From positions 20,288,001 through 20,352,000 of the forward strand of contig CP068257.2 of NCBI GenBank assembly GCA_009914755.4: DNA of 64,000 nucleotides, read 5' to 3'. Shown one piece after another: positions 39,318-54,915 of this stretch. Source of the DNA: the human T2T-CHM13v2.0 reference genome, Homo sapiens. Below the pieces are notes generated by a model that did no database searches, was not told where the DNA came from, and worked only from the letters and a program-made list of their open reading frames with translations. The first letter of the stretch is position 1. Every line of letters starts with the position of its first letter. Position numbers and translations under genes: made by a program.

Positions 39318-41435
39318 AATTAATTAATTAATTAATTAAAATTTCAGCTTTTATTTTAGATACATGGAGTACGTGTTTGTTATTTACCCCCACTTTTTAA
39401 TCGATATATCAAAGTTGTACATATTTATGGGGTGCATGTGATATTTTCATGCATATATAGAATGTTTAATGATCAAATTAGGGTAAATGGGATATCTTTC
39501 ACCTGAAAAATTTATCTTTTCTTTATTTTGGGACCATTACAATTCTTGTCTTCAGCTTTCTTGAAATATACTATATATCATTAGTAAATATAATTTTCTT
39601 ACTGTACTATCAATATTAGAACTTATTGCTTGTATTTAACTGTATTTTTGTACCCATTAACCAACTTCTCTTAATTTCACCCTATCCTCTTCCCCTTCAA
39701 CCCTCTCTGGTGATCGCCATTCCACTCTGCTTCCATGAGGTCCATTTTATTAGCTCCCAAATAGGAGTGAGGACATGCAGTATTGCTGTGCTTATTTAAC
39801 CTAACATAATGACCTTCAGTTTTATCCACAGTGCTGCAATTGACAGGATTTTATTCTTTTTACAGCTGAATAGTATTCTATTTTGTATATTTACTACATT
39901 TTCTTTACACATTTATTTGCTATTGGACACCTCAGTTGATACCAAACCTTGGCTATTGTGAATACAGTTGCATATATCTTTTCTAAAAGCTGTTTTCCTT
40001 TATTCTGGATACATACCCCAAAGTGAGATTGTTTAATCATTGGTAGTTGTATTTTTAGTATTTTTGAGATTCTCCATACTACTGCTTTCCAATGTGGCTA
40101 TGCCAATTTACATTCCCACCAACACGGTACAAGGGTACCTCTTTCTTCACATACATCCTTTCTAGCATTTTTTTTGTCTTTTTGATAATAGTTACCCTAA
40201 CCTGATGAGATAATATTTCATTATGGATTGGATTTCCATTTCCCTGATGGTTAGTGATGTTGATAATTTTTCTTTCACATGATGTTGGTTATTTCCATGT
40301 CTTCTTTTAAGAAGAGTCTTTTCAGATCCTTTACTCATTTTAAAAATTTGATTATTTGGGTTTACTCTTTTTTGGCTATTGAATTGCTTGAGTTTCTTGT
40401 ATATTCTGGTTGTTAATCCCTTGTCAGATGCATAGTATACAAATATTTTCTATTATTCTGTAAATTTTCTCTGCACTGTGTTGTTTCCTTTGCTGTGTAG
40501 AAGCTTTTTAGCATGATGTAATACCATGTGTCTATTTTTTGCTTTTGTTGCCTGTGCTTTTGAGTTCTTGCCCAAGCATCTTTGCTCAGATTGATGTCTT
40601 GCAGCATTTTCCAGTGTTTTCTTCTATTATTTTCATAGTTGCAGGTCTTACATTTAAGTCTTCAATCCATTTTGAGGTGATTTTTGCATATGGTGAAATA
40701 CGGGGATCTAGTTTCTTTCTTCTGTATATGAGTAAAAGATTTCCCAGGATCATTATTTCTATTGTGAATAATGCCGCAATGAATGGTGCATGCATGTGTC
40801 TTCATGGCAGGTAGAACAACATATATTCCTTTGATTGCTGGGTCAATAGTAATTCTGTTTTAAGTTATTTGAGGAATTGCCACACTGCTTTACACGATAC
40901 CTGAACTAATTTACATTCCCTTCAGCAGTATGTAAGCATTCTCTTTTCTCCACAATCTCACCAGCATCTGTTATTTTTTGACTTTTTTGTAATAGCCATT
41001 CTGACTGGTGTGACATGGTATCTCATTGTGGTTTTAATTTGCATTTATCTAATGATTAGTGATGTCGACTATTTTTTTCATATGGTTGTTGGCCACGTGT
41101 ATGTCTTCTTTTGAAAAGTGTCTGGTCTTGTCCTTTGCCCATTTTTTTTTAATGGCATTGTTTTTCACTTGTAAATTTGCTTAAGTTCCTTATAAATTCT
41201 GGATAGTAGACATTTGTCATATGCATAATTTGAAAATATTTTCTCCTATTTTATAAGTTGCCTGTTTGTCATGTTGATAGTTTCTTTTGCTGTGTAAAAG
41301 CTGTTTAGTTTAATTAGGTCCTATTTGTCAATTTTTGTTTTGGTTGTCCTTGCTTTTTGTGTCTTTGTCATAAAATCTTTGGCTGTGCCTATGTCGTGAA
41401 CGGTATTGCCTCGGTTGTCTTCCAGGGTTTTTATA
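39318..41435 (-). mobile_element. Older L1 (L1PB/L1MA-like) 3' portion (ORF2 C-terminal region + 3' UTR), minus orientation
   Basis: (TTAA)n tail at 39318-39342, then rc L1 3' UTR 'ttgtacatatttatggggtgcatgtgatattttcatgcatatatagaatgtttaatgatcaaattagggtaaatgggatatctttcacc...'. rc ORF2 motifs follow: '...cataatgaccttcagttttatccacagtgctgcaattgacaggattttattctttttacagctgaatagtattc...', '...ttgccacactgctttacacgatacctgaactaatttacattcccttcagcagtatgtaagcattc...', '...tgtgacatggtatctcattgtggttttaatttgcatttatctaatgattagtgatgtcgac'. Minus-strand ORFs 40413-40607 and 40586-40795 are ORF2 remnants ('LDPRISPYAKITSKWIEDLNVRPATMKIIEEN'). Confidence 0.85.
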
Positions 41436-42494
41436 GTATAGTATTATATAATACTATCAAATACTCTTGCTTTCTACTTTGGAAATTGTTGAATAAATGG
41501 GTTGAAATTAAAGAGGATTGTAATTTGAGTTTATTTTAATTTACTTTGAAAATATATTTAGAAATATCACGTCTATTATTTTTTAAATATATTCTATTAT
41601 TGTCAACACATTAGCAAATGCATTATTATTATAATCTATATTCCAGAGTAATGCAATAAATAAGGAATAAATTTTATAGTAAATAGGAAAAAGCAAAAGG
41701 AAAAATGTTTCTAAAGGTTTAATAAAAATAAATGCTAGAATTTAAGAAAAATAGCTATGTTTGGAAACTATTGATCCATGCTTTCAGAATTAATTTAGGT
41801 TGCTGATTTATTTTTTAGGTCAACAAACATTTTTTGACCATGTTTTATATATTAGACCCTGAAGATACAATACCACGCATGTGCACTACTTTCAAGAAGT
41901 TTGTAATACAAGGACAAAAATCTATGCATACCATATAGTGATTCATAGAATTGGAGGAATAAGTCAAAGCCTCTAATACTGAGCAGATGTTAAGAAGAGT
42001 AGGTTATTGCTGTATGAGGGCATTATTTTGAACTTCCAGTAATAAATTGGAGTGAAAATTATAGTTTGGCCTGCATATAATATAAGGAGGTGATTTAACT
42101 ATTAGGGAGTTTTATTTATAATTATCCTGATTACCCAGTGAGTTATAAAACATCAGGATTTTTTTCTAAATATATATTTAATCTATTAGATTACGTTGAC
42201 ACATGAATAGTACTTCTCTATGAGTTTAAAAATATGCAAAAAGTTAAACACAGATGTGGATAAGAGTAGAATAAAAGTGGATGATTGGTGGATTATGTCA
42301 TCCCTGAAAATTGAATACTAAGGATCTTTTGTAACTTTAAAAAATATTTTCCCTCTTTAAATAGAAGAATCTTCCATGTGAGCTCAATTCCATAATTTAT
42401 AAATGAGATAATTTGCAAAATTTCAGTACTTTTTAGTGGTAAATGTTTCACATTTGTTCTAAAACATTGTTTCACTTCCATATTAAGTGAGTTA

Positions 42495-42857
<363 letters not shown>

Positions 42858-45062
42858 TCAAGAGATTTTAATCTACTCTTGTTTCCTCATGACTGGGTTT
42901 TCACTGCTGTTTGAGACTGAGCCCACTCCTTCAACTATCCTCTTCATTAACTTTATCTTAGAAGTCTTTCTTTCCTGCTCCCCACTTGAGATTTGAGACA
43001 CACCTACGACATCCAATTTGCTGGGCTCCTTCTCAGCATTAATCCCTTCTGAATGTAGTTATATAATTCAGTTAGTTTTCTTTCATCATGTCTTTGCAAT
43101 CATACTGACAAAGAGTTACTAAAAGTAAAACTAATATTGCCCATTATCTGTCTTGACATCCAATTTCCTTAAAGATATTTCTTTAAGAAAACACCATATT
43201 CTTTTATTCCAAAGGAGGATTTGTATTTGTTTTTGAATATAGCAGTTTGTAAATATTACAAATTAAACTAAAATGTAGATTAACTATCCATTGTAAAAAA
43301 TATTTGAGCTTTATCAGAGCTGATAAAAAGAGGTTAAAATGTTGAAAAAGATCATAAATTCAATGGCATTTTGTTGTGTTTTAGAATAGAAAACTCACTT
43401 AAATTGTTAAAAGAAGACTTGCTAATTTATCTTTTCCCCATTAGGTTCAGTGCATTTTGGTAGATGAAGTTTAGAAAGAGGAAGGGAGCTCAGACTTAAT
43501 AGTTGGAGCCAACTAATATACTGCCATTCTAGTCTTTATGTTAAGATACTAGGGACAGAGTGTTCAATCTGTGTGTTATTATTAGTAGTATTGGCAATGA
43601 GAATATGTAAAGCAATAATTCTCAGCTGTGGGAAGGCAGGCACAGCAGCCTTCAGAGCTACCTCATATATGGTTCTCACATTCCCCTAAATTACCTTAAC
43701 CCATAAATCACTTTTATTCATCACTGTTTCCTGTGATTCACTGGGAAAAGCCTCGAAGAGCATCCTGTTACTGAGGTGAAGACAAAGCCTGGGCTGTCCC
43801 AGGCAGTTCCTCTCTAACTCAAGATGTCACATTTCTTAGGAGGCATAGGAATAAGACCTTGGTACTTTCAGGCAGTTCCACCCCCTCTCAGAATATTGCA
43901 CTCCCAGCACATTCTACAGTTATTCTTAGAAGTATAATCATAAAATCATAAATAATTGGATGGATTCAAGGCCACCTAAAGAATTGTCCTCCAGTAGAGA
44001 GTAGAATAATAGCTTCCAGAAACTGTTAGGGAAGAGGGTATGTAAGGAAAGGGGAGATACTAGTCAGAGGGTACAAAGTATTAGTTAGACTGACAAGAGG
44101 AAAAAGTTCTAGTGATCTACTGTACAGCATGGTAATTATATTTAATAATAATAATATAGTATATACTTTAAAATTACTAAAAAAGTAGGTTTTTTGGGAG
44201 GTGATCAGACCCAACACCAGGTCGTGGGGGTGACGAAGTCTGGCAGAGTCAAAGGAATGAGAAAAAGACAATTTGAGAGAGAAAGTGGGACCAGGGGGCC
44301 ATTGCGAGTGTGGAGGCTGCAAAGGCCCCGAGCTCTGGAAGCCCACGCTATTTATTGGTGATCAAACAAAGAACAGGTGGTGAGGATGTGGGGGTTGAAA
44401 GGAAATGGAGTATCAAGTGAATGAGAAACATATGGCTACTTGAGATAATGGGAGTGCTAGAAGCAAGGAACCAGTAAGTCTAGCCGACATGCAAGCCCTG
44501 CCTCAGCTTCTCTCCCAACACTCAACTTTTCTCCCAACAATTTTAAATGTTTTACCAACAAATAAATAATGATGATGAATATTGTAATTAACCAGATTTA
44601 AGCATTCCACAATATATACATGTGTTATAACATCACATTAAAATATTTACAATTATTATTTGTCAATTAAAAATAAAATTAAAAAAGAAAATATGGTAAT
44701 ATGGTAGAAATGAAATAATAAACCAGACTGACATGATATCTCTCTTTAAGTAACTAATTATTTTCTGTAGAAATATATATACAAAGACTTAATTACATTT
44801 GTGATAAACACAATGAGATTATACAGTACAATAGGGAGGGATTATATTCTTGGGAGTTAGAGAGACTTCTCCAAGAAGGTGATTTATTAGTTGAGATAAG
44901 AAAAACAAGTAGGTATTAGACATAAAGAACAGGAGGTGAGAAAAATTAAGTTAAAAAAAGGAAAGCTGGTTGTTTCGTGGATGAAAGGATGAAAGGAGTT
45001 TAGTATATTTTTAAAACTGAGAGAAAATGGGATAGCTTTATTGTAAAGATCTTGAAGACAGG

Positions 45063-45156
45063 GGTTCACTACAGCTTGAAGAGGTGATCAGAGGAAAATT
45101 CATACAACAGTGGTTCACTACAGCTTTAAGAGGTGATCAGAGGCAAATTCCTACAA
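45063..45156. repeat. Local tandem duplication, 2 x ~45 bp (period 49)
   Basis: 'ggttcactacagcttgaagaggtgatcagaggaaaattcatacaa' (45063-45107) and 'ggttcactacagctttaagaggtgatcagaggcaaattcctacaa' (45112-45156), ~91% identical, separated by 'cagt'. Confidence 0.85.
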
Positions 45157-48100
45157 GACTTTATTCTCAAATCAATTGAATGTCATTATTCTTTTGGGTA
45201 TATACCCAATAATGGGATTGCTGTACCTGGGCAATGAAATATGTACACCAAACTAACATGGCATACAATTACCTATGGAATCAACCTGAACGTGTACCCC
45301 GAAACTAAAATAAAAATTTTTATAAAAGTTGAGTGTCATTAAGGAGTTTTTTTGTTTGTTTTTGTTTTTGTTTTTTAAATCAGGTTTGTGATCTGATCAA
45401 AATCCTATTGAAGACATCTTTGACTGCTGTGGGCATTAGGGAGTGGCAAGAGTGGAAGCAGATAGACTTGCACTACTGCATGGCCCCTTGTAGCAATCAG
45501 CCAGAAATCAGAAGCTCCTCTATGTGTTCATTCATGAAGGGCTTAAATGGAAAGAAGTACAGGTTTACACAATCATTGCTGGAACAAAGAGGAGCAAAGT
45601 CATCACTCATGTTTTCAGTCTGCAACAACAACATGGTTGCTCTCGTGGTTCTCAGAAATTATTGTAAACCTTAAATTTCAGAGCTCCCAAATATCTCAAT
45701 CTAGAGCATCAATATGAATGCTCTTGTCAAGTCTAATATGAAGTCATAGTGAACCCCACTTCTGCAACTGCTTCCAAATGATGATGACCTCTATTTCTCT
45801 TCTTACTTCTAAATCTTCTCTCTCTTCTGACTTCTAAATCTTTTGTGAATGCCTCCCATAAACTGACTTTATCTAGAACTACATAAGAAAGGACTCTGAG
45901 AAATGAAGTTTTCAGCTTTACCCATGAAAGTCAGACGATATCTCAGGGGAGAGGTAGAGGCAATGATGAACTGACAACAGACAATATAAGAAAACCCACC
46001 CATTTATCAGTTGAGGGTTCATACACATCCCTTTTGCCAATTTAAAATTCTCGAGTAACAGCAGTAATAAAATCATTCCTGTCTCTTTTACGGGATGTGA
46101 TCCCTTTTCTATAATAAAATTATGATCATTCTCTCCTTCCAAAAAGGAAATGTATTGCTCTGTATATCGTAATACACATCTTGGAGTGACATTCACTCCT
46201 TTTCTAGTGACGTCTCAAGGCTTTTTTGATACAATGTAACATAAATACTAAATTATGTGATATCTTATTTTGGATTCTCTCTAAAAGCAGAGGTTAAGAC
46301 AAAGATTTGACTGTAAGTAATTTGCTTGGGACATGCTCTAAGGAAATAAGATAAGGCTTCTAGGAAAATGAGACCGAGGAGAAGAAAAACAAAACGTGTG
46401 TCACTGAGCTAGAAGCTACTGTGGAAAATGGGAGTCACTCTCAATGGACACTCTCATTGCCAGTGTAGATTTCATTAAAGTCTTTCTGTCATGGATAAAA
46501 GAATAGCATATTTTCCCACTAACTCCTGTTCTCCAATTATTGAGAATAAATTTCCCTCTCTGAAAGGCAATAACTTCCTTGTATTTCCCAACAGTCCCGT
46601 TTGTGGGCCAGGTGACTTCAGGAAAAAAAAAGTCTTTAAACACAACAGTGAAGAGAATGGGCAGAAACTTGAGGTGAGGTGCTTTAGCCTGCACTGGAAC
46701 TCACTAACACAGCAGAGGGGATTAGAGACCTGGGCAGAGAGTATATTGTTAAGGCACTAAAGATTCTGCCATACACCACATGGACCACTCACAGCCATTC
46801 ATATCTCACACTACATCATTTCTATCACCAGCTTCCTCTTCCAGTCAAGATAGAGTAACAGAGACCATATTTCTGATTCTACTTGAAACGAACCAAGAAA
46901 AAAATGGACAGAATATGAAGCAACAGCAGGCAATGAAGGGCAGTGATCCATGGGAGTGAGATGAGGTGAGACCTATGATTGCTACAGTTTACTGGCTGCA
47001 GAAAATTTCCAGGATATGGGACAGGAAGGAGCAGAACCCAGGCACAATCCTGAACACTCTGTGAACTAAGTAGATCAAGCTGTGAACCTGGGTAAGTCAA
47101 GGCAGCTAACTAGCATTCACAAGGAGGGATACTAGAGAGGAGAGATTTCTACAGAAAACAGACTCCAGAGATCTGTTGAGTCTCACTCAATTATTCAGTT
47201 GAGGGCTTCTTAGCACATGTGTGTAGGGAAACTAGCTGAAATTAGGGAATTCGGTGTTGATATAATGGGGATAATCATCATAAGTCTTTAAGGGTATCAC
47301 TGATCTCTGAATTCTTCTATGGGTGCAGTAATGCTTCTGATTTACTCTTCCATCGGGAGAATGAAATGTCAGGCACTGCTTCACTTATCTCTTCTGGACA
47401 TAACTGTCACAAGTTAGGGTTCCTTGTGAGAGTTTAGCCAATTGCTAAGTAGACTGATACCAGTTACACATCTAAGAATAAGGTAAATAGCCAGAGGGTA
47501 GGACCACTGGCCCATTAAACCCATTGTGAGATATACTAGAACTAGGAATCTGTTTATCACCTGACCTCCTTAAATCCTAAATCAAACAGGTCGGGAGCAA
47601 GGAGTGGTATGATAACATTTTGGAGACCTTGGTATCTGTGTCCATACATCAAAAAAAGTAGGTATTATTCTTTTTCTAATGGACAGTAGTCAGGTAGACG
47701 TCAAGTCACAATTTTCTAGAACACATTAGAGGAATATTTATTGTACAAGAGTTTCTTGAAATAATAATCCTTTGCAAGTGATACATGGTAGGGATCATGA
47801 TTTTTCTATTGAAGCAGCAATAACAGATACTGAGTTTCTTTTGCTTGTGTAAGTTAAACAATAACGTGTCATATCAACATCTATCTTACCCCTCAGAGCA
47901 CTGTAGTGTATTAGTAATCACTACAGATCATTGTGGAGCATGGCACCTTGGTTGCTACCCCGGCATTGTTTCTCTTTGGAATATTACTCTAACTCTTCTC
48001 CGATAGGTAAGTGTAGACACGTGGTTTCTGCCATTGTGGAATCCTGTCATCCTCATTGAAATGTGGGACCAAGACCACAGCAAGTTTTTCTACAGTCACT

Positions 48101-49952
48101 ACTGACCATATGATGCCAATGCCCTCTCCACTGGTGCAATATTTATTGCTTTTGTGTAAGCATGTATTCTGGGCCATACTGAAGAACATTGTCAGATGAT
48201 GAGATTTTCAGTCTGTTATAAAAAATCTATTCTTTTAAGTTTTTTTCCTTAGTTTTCTTACCTTTCACCCAAACTCTGACAAGTCTGAAATTTCTATAAT
48301 TTCATTTACAAAAGGCCAATTTTGTCTCTAGGCATCATTTGACTGTCCTAAAGTATATTAGGATTAGTTCCAGGTGTCATTGTCTGATGTTAAAACTTGA
48401 CTTACAGGAAAGTGATCAAACATCCATAAACTCAATGTTATTCAGGCATATATTTCACCTCCTCCCGGTCCAACAATGTTAAGGTCAACCCTCAAAATCA
48501 TTTCTCTTGTTTCTGCTGGTACATAACTGTCAGATCCTGTAATATTTTCCTGTGAATAAGCTACTTAACCTCACAGCAGGGAACATATTTTTCTATTTGT
48601 GCTTGCTGAGATCTAAACCCAGCTATTTGTCAGAGGACAATGGTTAGTGCAGGTGTGAATACAGAACATGGTGAGTATACTTTGTATAAGATATGCATCA
48701 GGGAAGTGTGTCTAAGGCCCTCCAGGCAAGAGGAGGCTTCTGTCTTTCAGCAATGAGGTCTGTGTTGCTTGTACCAGCACTAAGAGTTTCAGGGAATCTG
48801 TGGATTCAAATGACTCACACGCAGTGATCCAAGTCTGTCCCCCATTCCCTACCAGGCCCTAGTTTCATTTTAGAAGATCTGTCAAATCTCTATTTTTTAA
48901 AAATTTATGATTCTTTATCATTGTGGTTAAATCTGCAGCCTGATTTGTAGTACTCTGCTCTATGGCTGCCAAAGTTGAATGTCTCATTAAACTCTGCCAC
49001 AGAGGCCTTCTGGCTTCCAAGACGTGTCTTGAGTTGCTATTTGGCCCACAGAAACCTTTTTATTTAAGGCTTCCAAGGTACACAGAAGCCAGTCAACCAC
49101 TAAATCTTCGTAATTACTATTGCCTGCATTCTGTTCAAGTGCTGAAAGTACAGCATAACACAATCATTGCTCTTCTACCTGTGCCTCATCCCAGTCCTTC
49201 AAAAATTATAGTATTGGGTTCATTATGCTATGGTAGGTCCTGGGTTAATACCACCCTACTTTCCCTCAGCAATAAGATTTGTTGCCAACTGACAGGTAAA
49301 TATCACATACTGCGGGTCTCTGGGGCCACTCTGCTATAATTGGCTTTGCTTAGTAACTTCTGGAAAACAAAATCTGTCAATTGCTTCTGTAGAATCTTTG
49401 TTCCAACAAGTGACTTCTTGAAATAGAAGTCTAAAGGTTAATTGGTGACAGAAGGGTGTGTGATAGCCTTAAGAGCTCAACATTTTGTTGTCTTTCAAAC
49501 ATATCTCTTTTCCTTTCCTCTTTCTCTCAACTGTTATCAACCTGTTTACCTTCCTTAATTGCATAATCATATAGTCATCTTATTTGCATTATTTTTCCTT
49601 TCACATATGTTTCATAGCTCATTTATACAAAGTGTATATGTTTTTTTCAGAATAAATGCCATATTCTGGAGAAGAAGGTTTATGAACTATTTTCTCACTA
49701 ATATATAGTAAAATTATAGATCATGATACATGTAACAAAGCACAATTACAATAAATAACAACTATGTACATATTTACTCTTTATCCATGAAATTCTTGAT
49801 TCAGACTCATCAGATTCATCATTGAATTGCATGTAAGATAAACATACTTTTATATACTTATATAGTACATGCTTATGTACTTATATTTCAGGTTGTAATG
49901 AATGAAAGTACATTTCTTTTTATATATTTGTATGTGGCTTACTTTTTAATAA

Positions 49953-50333
<381 letters not shown>

Positions 50334-53300
50334 TAAAGACATATTTCTATTTTTAAAAAGTCCACTTTTACTCTACAACAAGAAAGATGTACCATATCAA
50401 GAAATTTTCATTTATCAATAGCAAATACCGTGAATACTTATGAGAAACATTGAATGAGATGATATATAACCTGCTAAAATTCATCACTCACGTGCTTGTG
50501 AATATCACATAAATACGAATCTGTTAAGCTTACTAGTGTGTTGTATTCTACAACTGATAATCTATAAGAAAACAAATTTTTATGATTAAATACATGTATT
50601 ATGTTTTGATATATATTTATGGATATCTAAACTGAAAATAATGTGTAATAGCTTTTCCTAAAATTGTTCTGATATCTAATGCATCTAGATGCATACTGAA
50701 TTAAATTAACAAATAAATCTAACTTAAAGATGAGCTATTACATCAGTCTGTGAAAATCCAAGTCTTTTAAAAAGGAAATTAGACAGTGTCATAGAAACCT
50801 CTTTTCTCAGCTTTGTGTTTCCAGTACATGTTTAATTTAGCACATACTAATTAGACGTGAGATTATAGGTGTTCCATTCTCTTGGAATAACATCAGAGTC
50901 AATCCAGTCCCTAGGATCTGAGTCCTCACAAATACACTGTCTGCAGTCTCCCTTGATCAGAAGAGACCATTCAGCTTGCCCTTGTCTGATCTGGCATTTT
51001 TGTAGGGACACTTTCTCTCATAGACTCTGCTGTATTTGTTAGAAGCATAGTGAGGGAGTGTATGATGTCTCAAAAGTCATCAGATATCATTAGAGGTTCC
51101 AACAAGTTATAATTGACTTTGTGTTTAAAGAAGAGAACAACAGGGTCACCAATAACACATTCTGGGAAGGCAGCCAGGGCACTACCATGGGAGTCATGAT
51201 GCCTAAACGTAAATTGAGTAGGCTGGACTTGCAGTGTATACTGATCAGAAGTGACACAGTGATTAACGTGACAAGGGAGAAAGGAATTTCTAATAAGGTG
51301 AGCAGATGTCTTGGAAAGACCGGAACGTTAGCCTTCAGTTTAATGGTTACAGCATTTATGCTTTCAAATAGACAAGACCCTCTTCTAGAATCAGCCCCTA
51401 ATATATGCCAAGAGCTAGTTTAAGCCCGAGGGTCAATAAGGCGGCTGTGTTCCCTCTGGTCAGCATGAAATTGGGTGGATAGTGAGAGTTAAAGACCATT
51501 ACATATAAAAGTCTTATTGTTTAGTCTAATCTTTTTTAAGTTTTAGGGACTAAATCTTTAAACAGTCTCCCGCAAACAGAGGATGCTTTATTTCATTTAA
51601 ACCTTAAATAGATACAAATTATATTTTAAGAAGGGAATGACTTTTTTTTTGTTTTTTTTTTTTTGCAAAATTCTAACCAAACAGTTTGAGCTCCCTTTTC
51701 TCATTTTTTTTTCCACAGGACTACTCTGGGCAATAGTGCAACAAGTGTTATTTTCATCTTTTCCAAGCAGGCAGAATAGAGTCAGTTGTTGCTACTTGAA
51801 AAAAACAGACAAGTCAATGTTTATACAACCTTACGTTTTTTCCCTTATTTTTGTACTTTTTGAATAGTTGTTTTCCTTCTCTCTATTTCCCCAGTGCTTC
51901 TTTTATCGAATCTCTGTGCTTGGCTCTTTGGCTACTGTTCCACTCTCTCCTGGGCTCTCAGTGACTAAGCTGCTGTATTATTGTCATATAGGATAGGATA
52001 GGCTCTTTGTAATGCATACATTCCTTTTCTTCATTTTAACCAGATGACCACACTGGACAGCTATATTTAAAGCCAAAAAAACCCTCGATTTCAGAATAAT
52101 TGTCATGAATATTTTGCATTGTCATTGAAAAAGATGTATTTACTCAGAAGCTGGTGTCAGAAATTCAAGGAGAGTTTTGCACAGTTCTGCATTAGAGGAA
52201 AGACCTCTTCTTTAACCTGGAGTTACTAAGCTACCCCCAAATGGTAACAAACTCATCTGGAATATTCCTGCCTCAACTTTAAAACATTTTTTTAAATAGA
52301 AAGTCTCAAATATATGCAAAAGTAGAAAAAATTTCCATGAACCCCAGTGTACCTGCCATGCAAGCATCGCTAATCCTCAGGACAAGGTTAATCTTATTTC
52401 CTCTCTGCCACCATCCCCTCCTCCTCCATGGTACTATTTTGAAATTCCTGATATTAAATCAGACTTTCCATAAACATTTTGACAGAATATCTTCTTTCAA
52501 TATCAAGACAACAAATGCTATTTAACCACAGATTACCATCACACTTCCTACTATTTTATGAAATAATTAATTTCAGTTACCTAAAAATACAAAAGAAAGA
52601 CCTCCTCCTAAATTAATAACATGCATGTCATATAAAATAGCCATATTATGCACTTGTTAAATGACTGACTTGTCCATAAAAGGCAGTCACTATCATTTAA
52701 TGCTCAGTTCCTTCCCTGCCTGAACTTTTACATACCTTCTGATGCTCACAGCAGGACACACTATGTAATTCATATCAACATTTGGGGCATCATTCAACGA
52801 AGACAGGAATTTTAACATTATACAGCAAACTATCTCCTATTTTGACTGAACACAGAATCTGTAATTCAAATGACAGGAAAATAAACAGAGTTTACAGCCA
52901 AGTTTACATAAAGTAATTGTAGAAAACTCAAACACACCCTATCAAAAAGTGAAGTCAATGTTACTGTGAATTTTCCCCCCTCTGGAAAACTATAATACCA
53001 TTGTGTTTATTCTACTTATGACAAATTGCTCACATGAATTTTCATTAGAGGGTTCAAATTTGTTTTACTCTCTGGAACATTAGCTTGAAATCAGAATTAA
53101 AAATATACAAAGATTCTTATATGCAAATATAACACTATTATGAAGAAACAAAATAAATGATGTCTTAAAAAATGCTAATAAAACATAATGAAGAAAAAGC
53201 CTATCATAGATACAGTAATGTGACTGAGACATGCCCTGCATTCTCTTGTTTTCTCATATAAAAATCAGAGATTATCAGAAAATGAAAAAGATCCCATTTT

Positions 53301-54915
53301 CTTTGTGAAGGAGTAGAGTCAGTTCTTTCTGGAACAGTATATAATACGACACAAACGCAAACATAATTACAAGATTACATTTTACATTGATTGTTTTAAT
53401 ATTGATCATGTTGAATATATAGTTTCTAGATTATTTTTTAAATATATTAAAATCCTTAAAGGAAAAAAAACTCATAGAATTTCTGCTCATTCAGTTTCTG
53501 ACTACTTATACTGCGGTTTCTGGGGTTTCTAACATTCCCTGAAGGTACTGCATCTGAAGAGTTCACAGGATGCAGAAAAAGCATGAACCATGGCAGAGGA
53601 CCCTGGCGTGAGGAATGCAAAGCACACTCAGGGGGTTAACTCAGCAGCTCTCACAATGGCGGAAGAAGTCGATTAGCAACAAATTCCATGTGTTTTTCCT
53701 CATGTACTCTTAGTGAGGTTAAAGACTCCTTTTTAGTAGTGACATTCTCTATTAAGGAGTGACGAATTGTGTGGGTTTTCATACAAGTCTTTCTTAAACA
53801 AAATAACTTAGCTTTCAGAGAGCACTGTAATTTTCCTTTTGCTTTGTCTCGTTTTGTTTTATTTTCATTAAATGTGTTGGAGCACAAAATGCAGAAGGCT
53901 AATAATAAAAGAAATCTGAGATAAAGGTTCTATATGACAGAGATGTGTAATTTTGAGATTTAATTACAATGTAGTATAAATTGGATCTATCTGCTATAAA
54001 AAAAGGACAGAAAAGAAAACAATAACAACGACAAAGCTATAAAAGAAAGATGATAATACTGAATAATTGAAGAAATTTGGACATAGGCTTTAAATTAGGT
54101 AAGAGTTCTGAAACAGCTTTAACTTTATATGATGATTTTGTTGTGGTTATATAGGATAATTTATTTTCTTCCTTATGGGAACACTCTAAAGACTTTAGGG
54201 TTAAAGTGTAACAATATCCACAACTTACACTGATATGGTAAGTCATAAAATAAAGTACGTATATGCAAAAGAGAGACATATATGTAGCAGACTGATGCAA
54301 ATATTCTTGCAAATTTTCTATAAGTTTGTAGTTCTTAAAATATAGAAAAAATTAAAACTGGCAATAAAAAATTAGTGAATATTAATTAAGATAAATAAAA
54401 TTATTTAATGCCATAAATTCATTCCATTTAATAATACACATGAAAAAGAATGAGGAACATATTACAGTATAAAAAGACACACACATACATACATGCACAT
54501 AAAGGGATAAACCTCACAAAAAATAAAATTGATCAAGAAAAGCTATGCACTAAATAGCACTGACTATATGATTTCAATTGCATACATTTCTAAAATATAC
54601 ACAACTGTTGTGTTAGGACATGTCAATGTACTGGTAACTTTAAGATACAAAAATGTAGAAGTAGACAAACTACCCATCTGTTTATGAAAATTGAAGAATA
54701 TTACTTTAGCATTGAAACTAATTATGTTGTGTGTAAAAGCAAATAATAGAGACTTTAATTAAGAAAAACATCAGGGACTTTGCAGAATGAATAAAATAAG
54801 GAATATATAAAATGATCTTATACAGCGAACTTAGTATTTGTGAGCATATGAGTGAAATATTAGATAATTCTCAAATGAATTGTGGGAAGGCAGGTGCTTA
54901 AATTTGGAGAAGATG

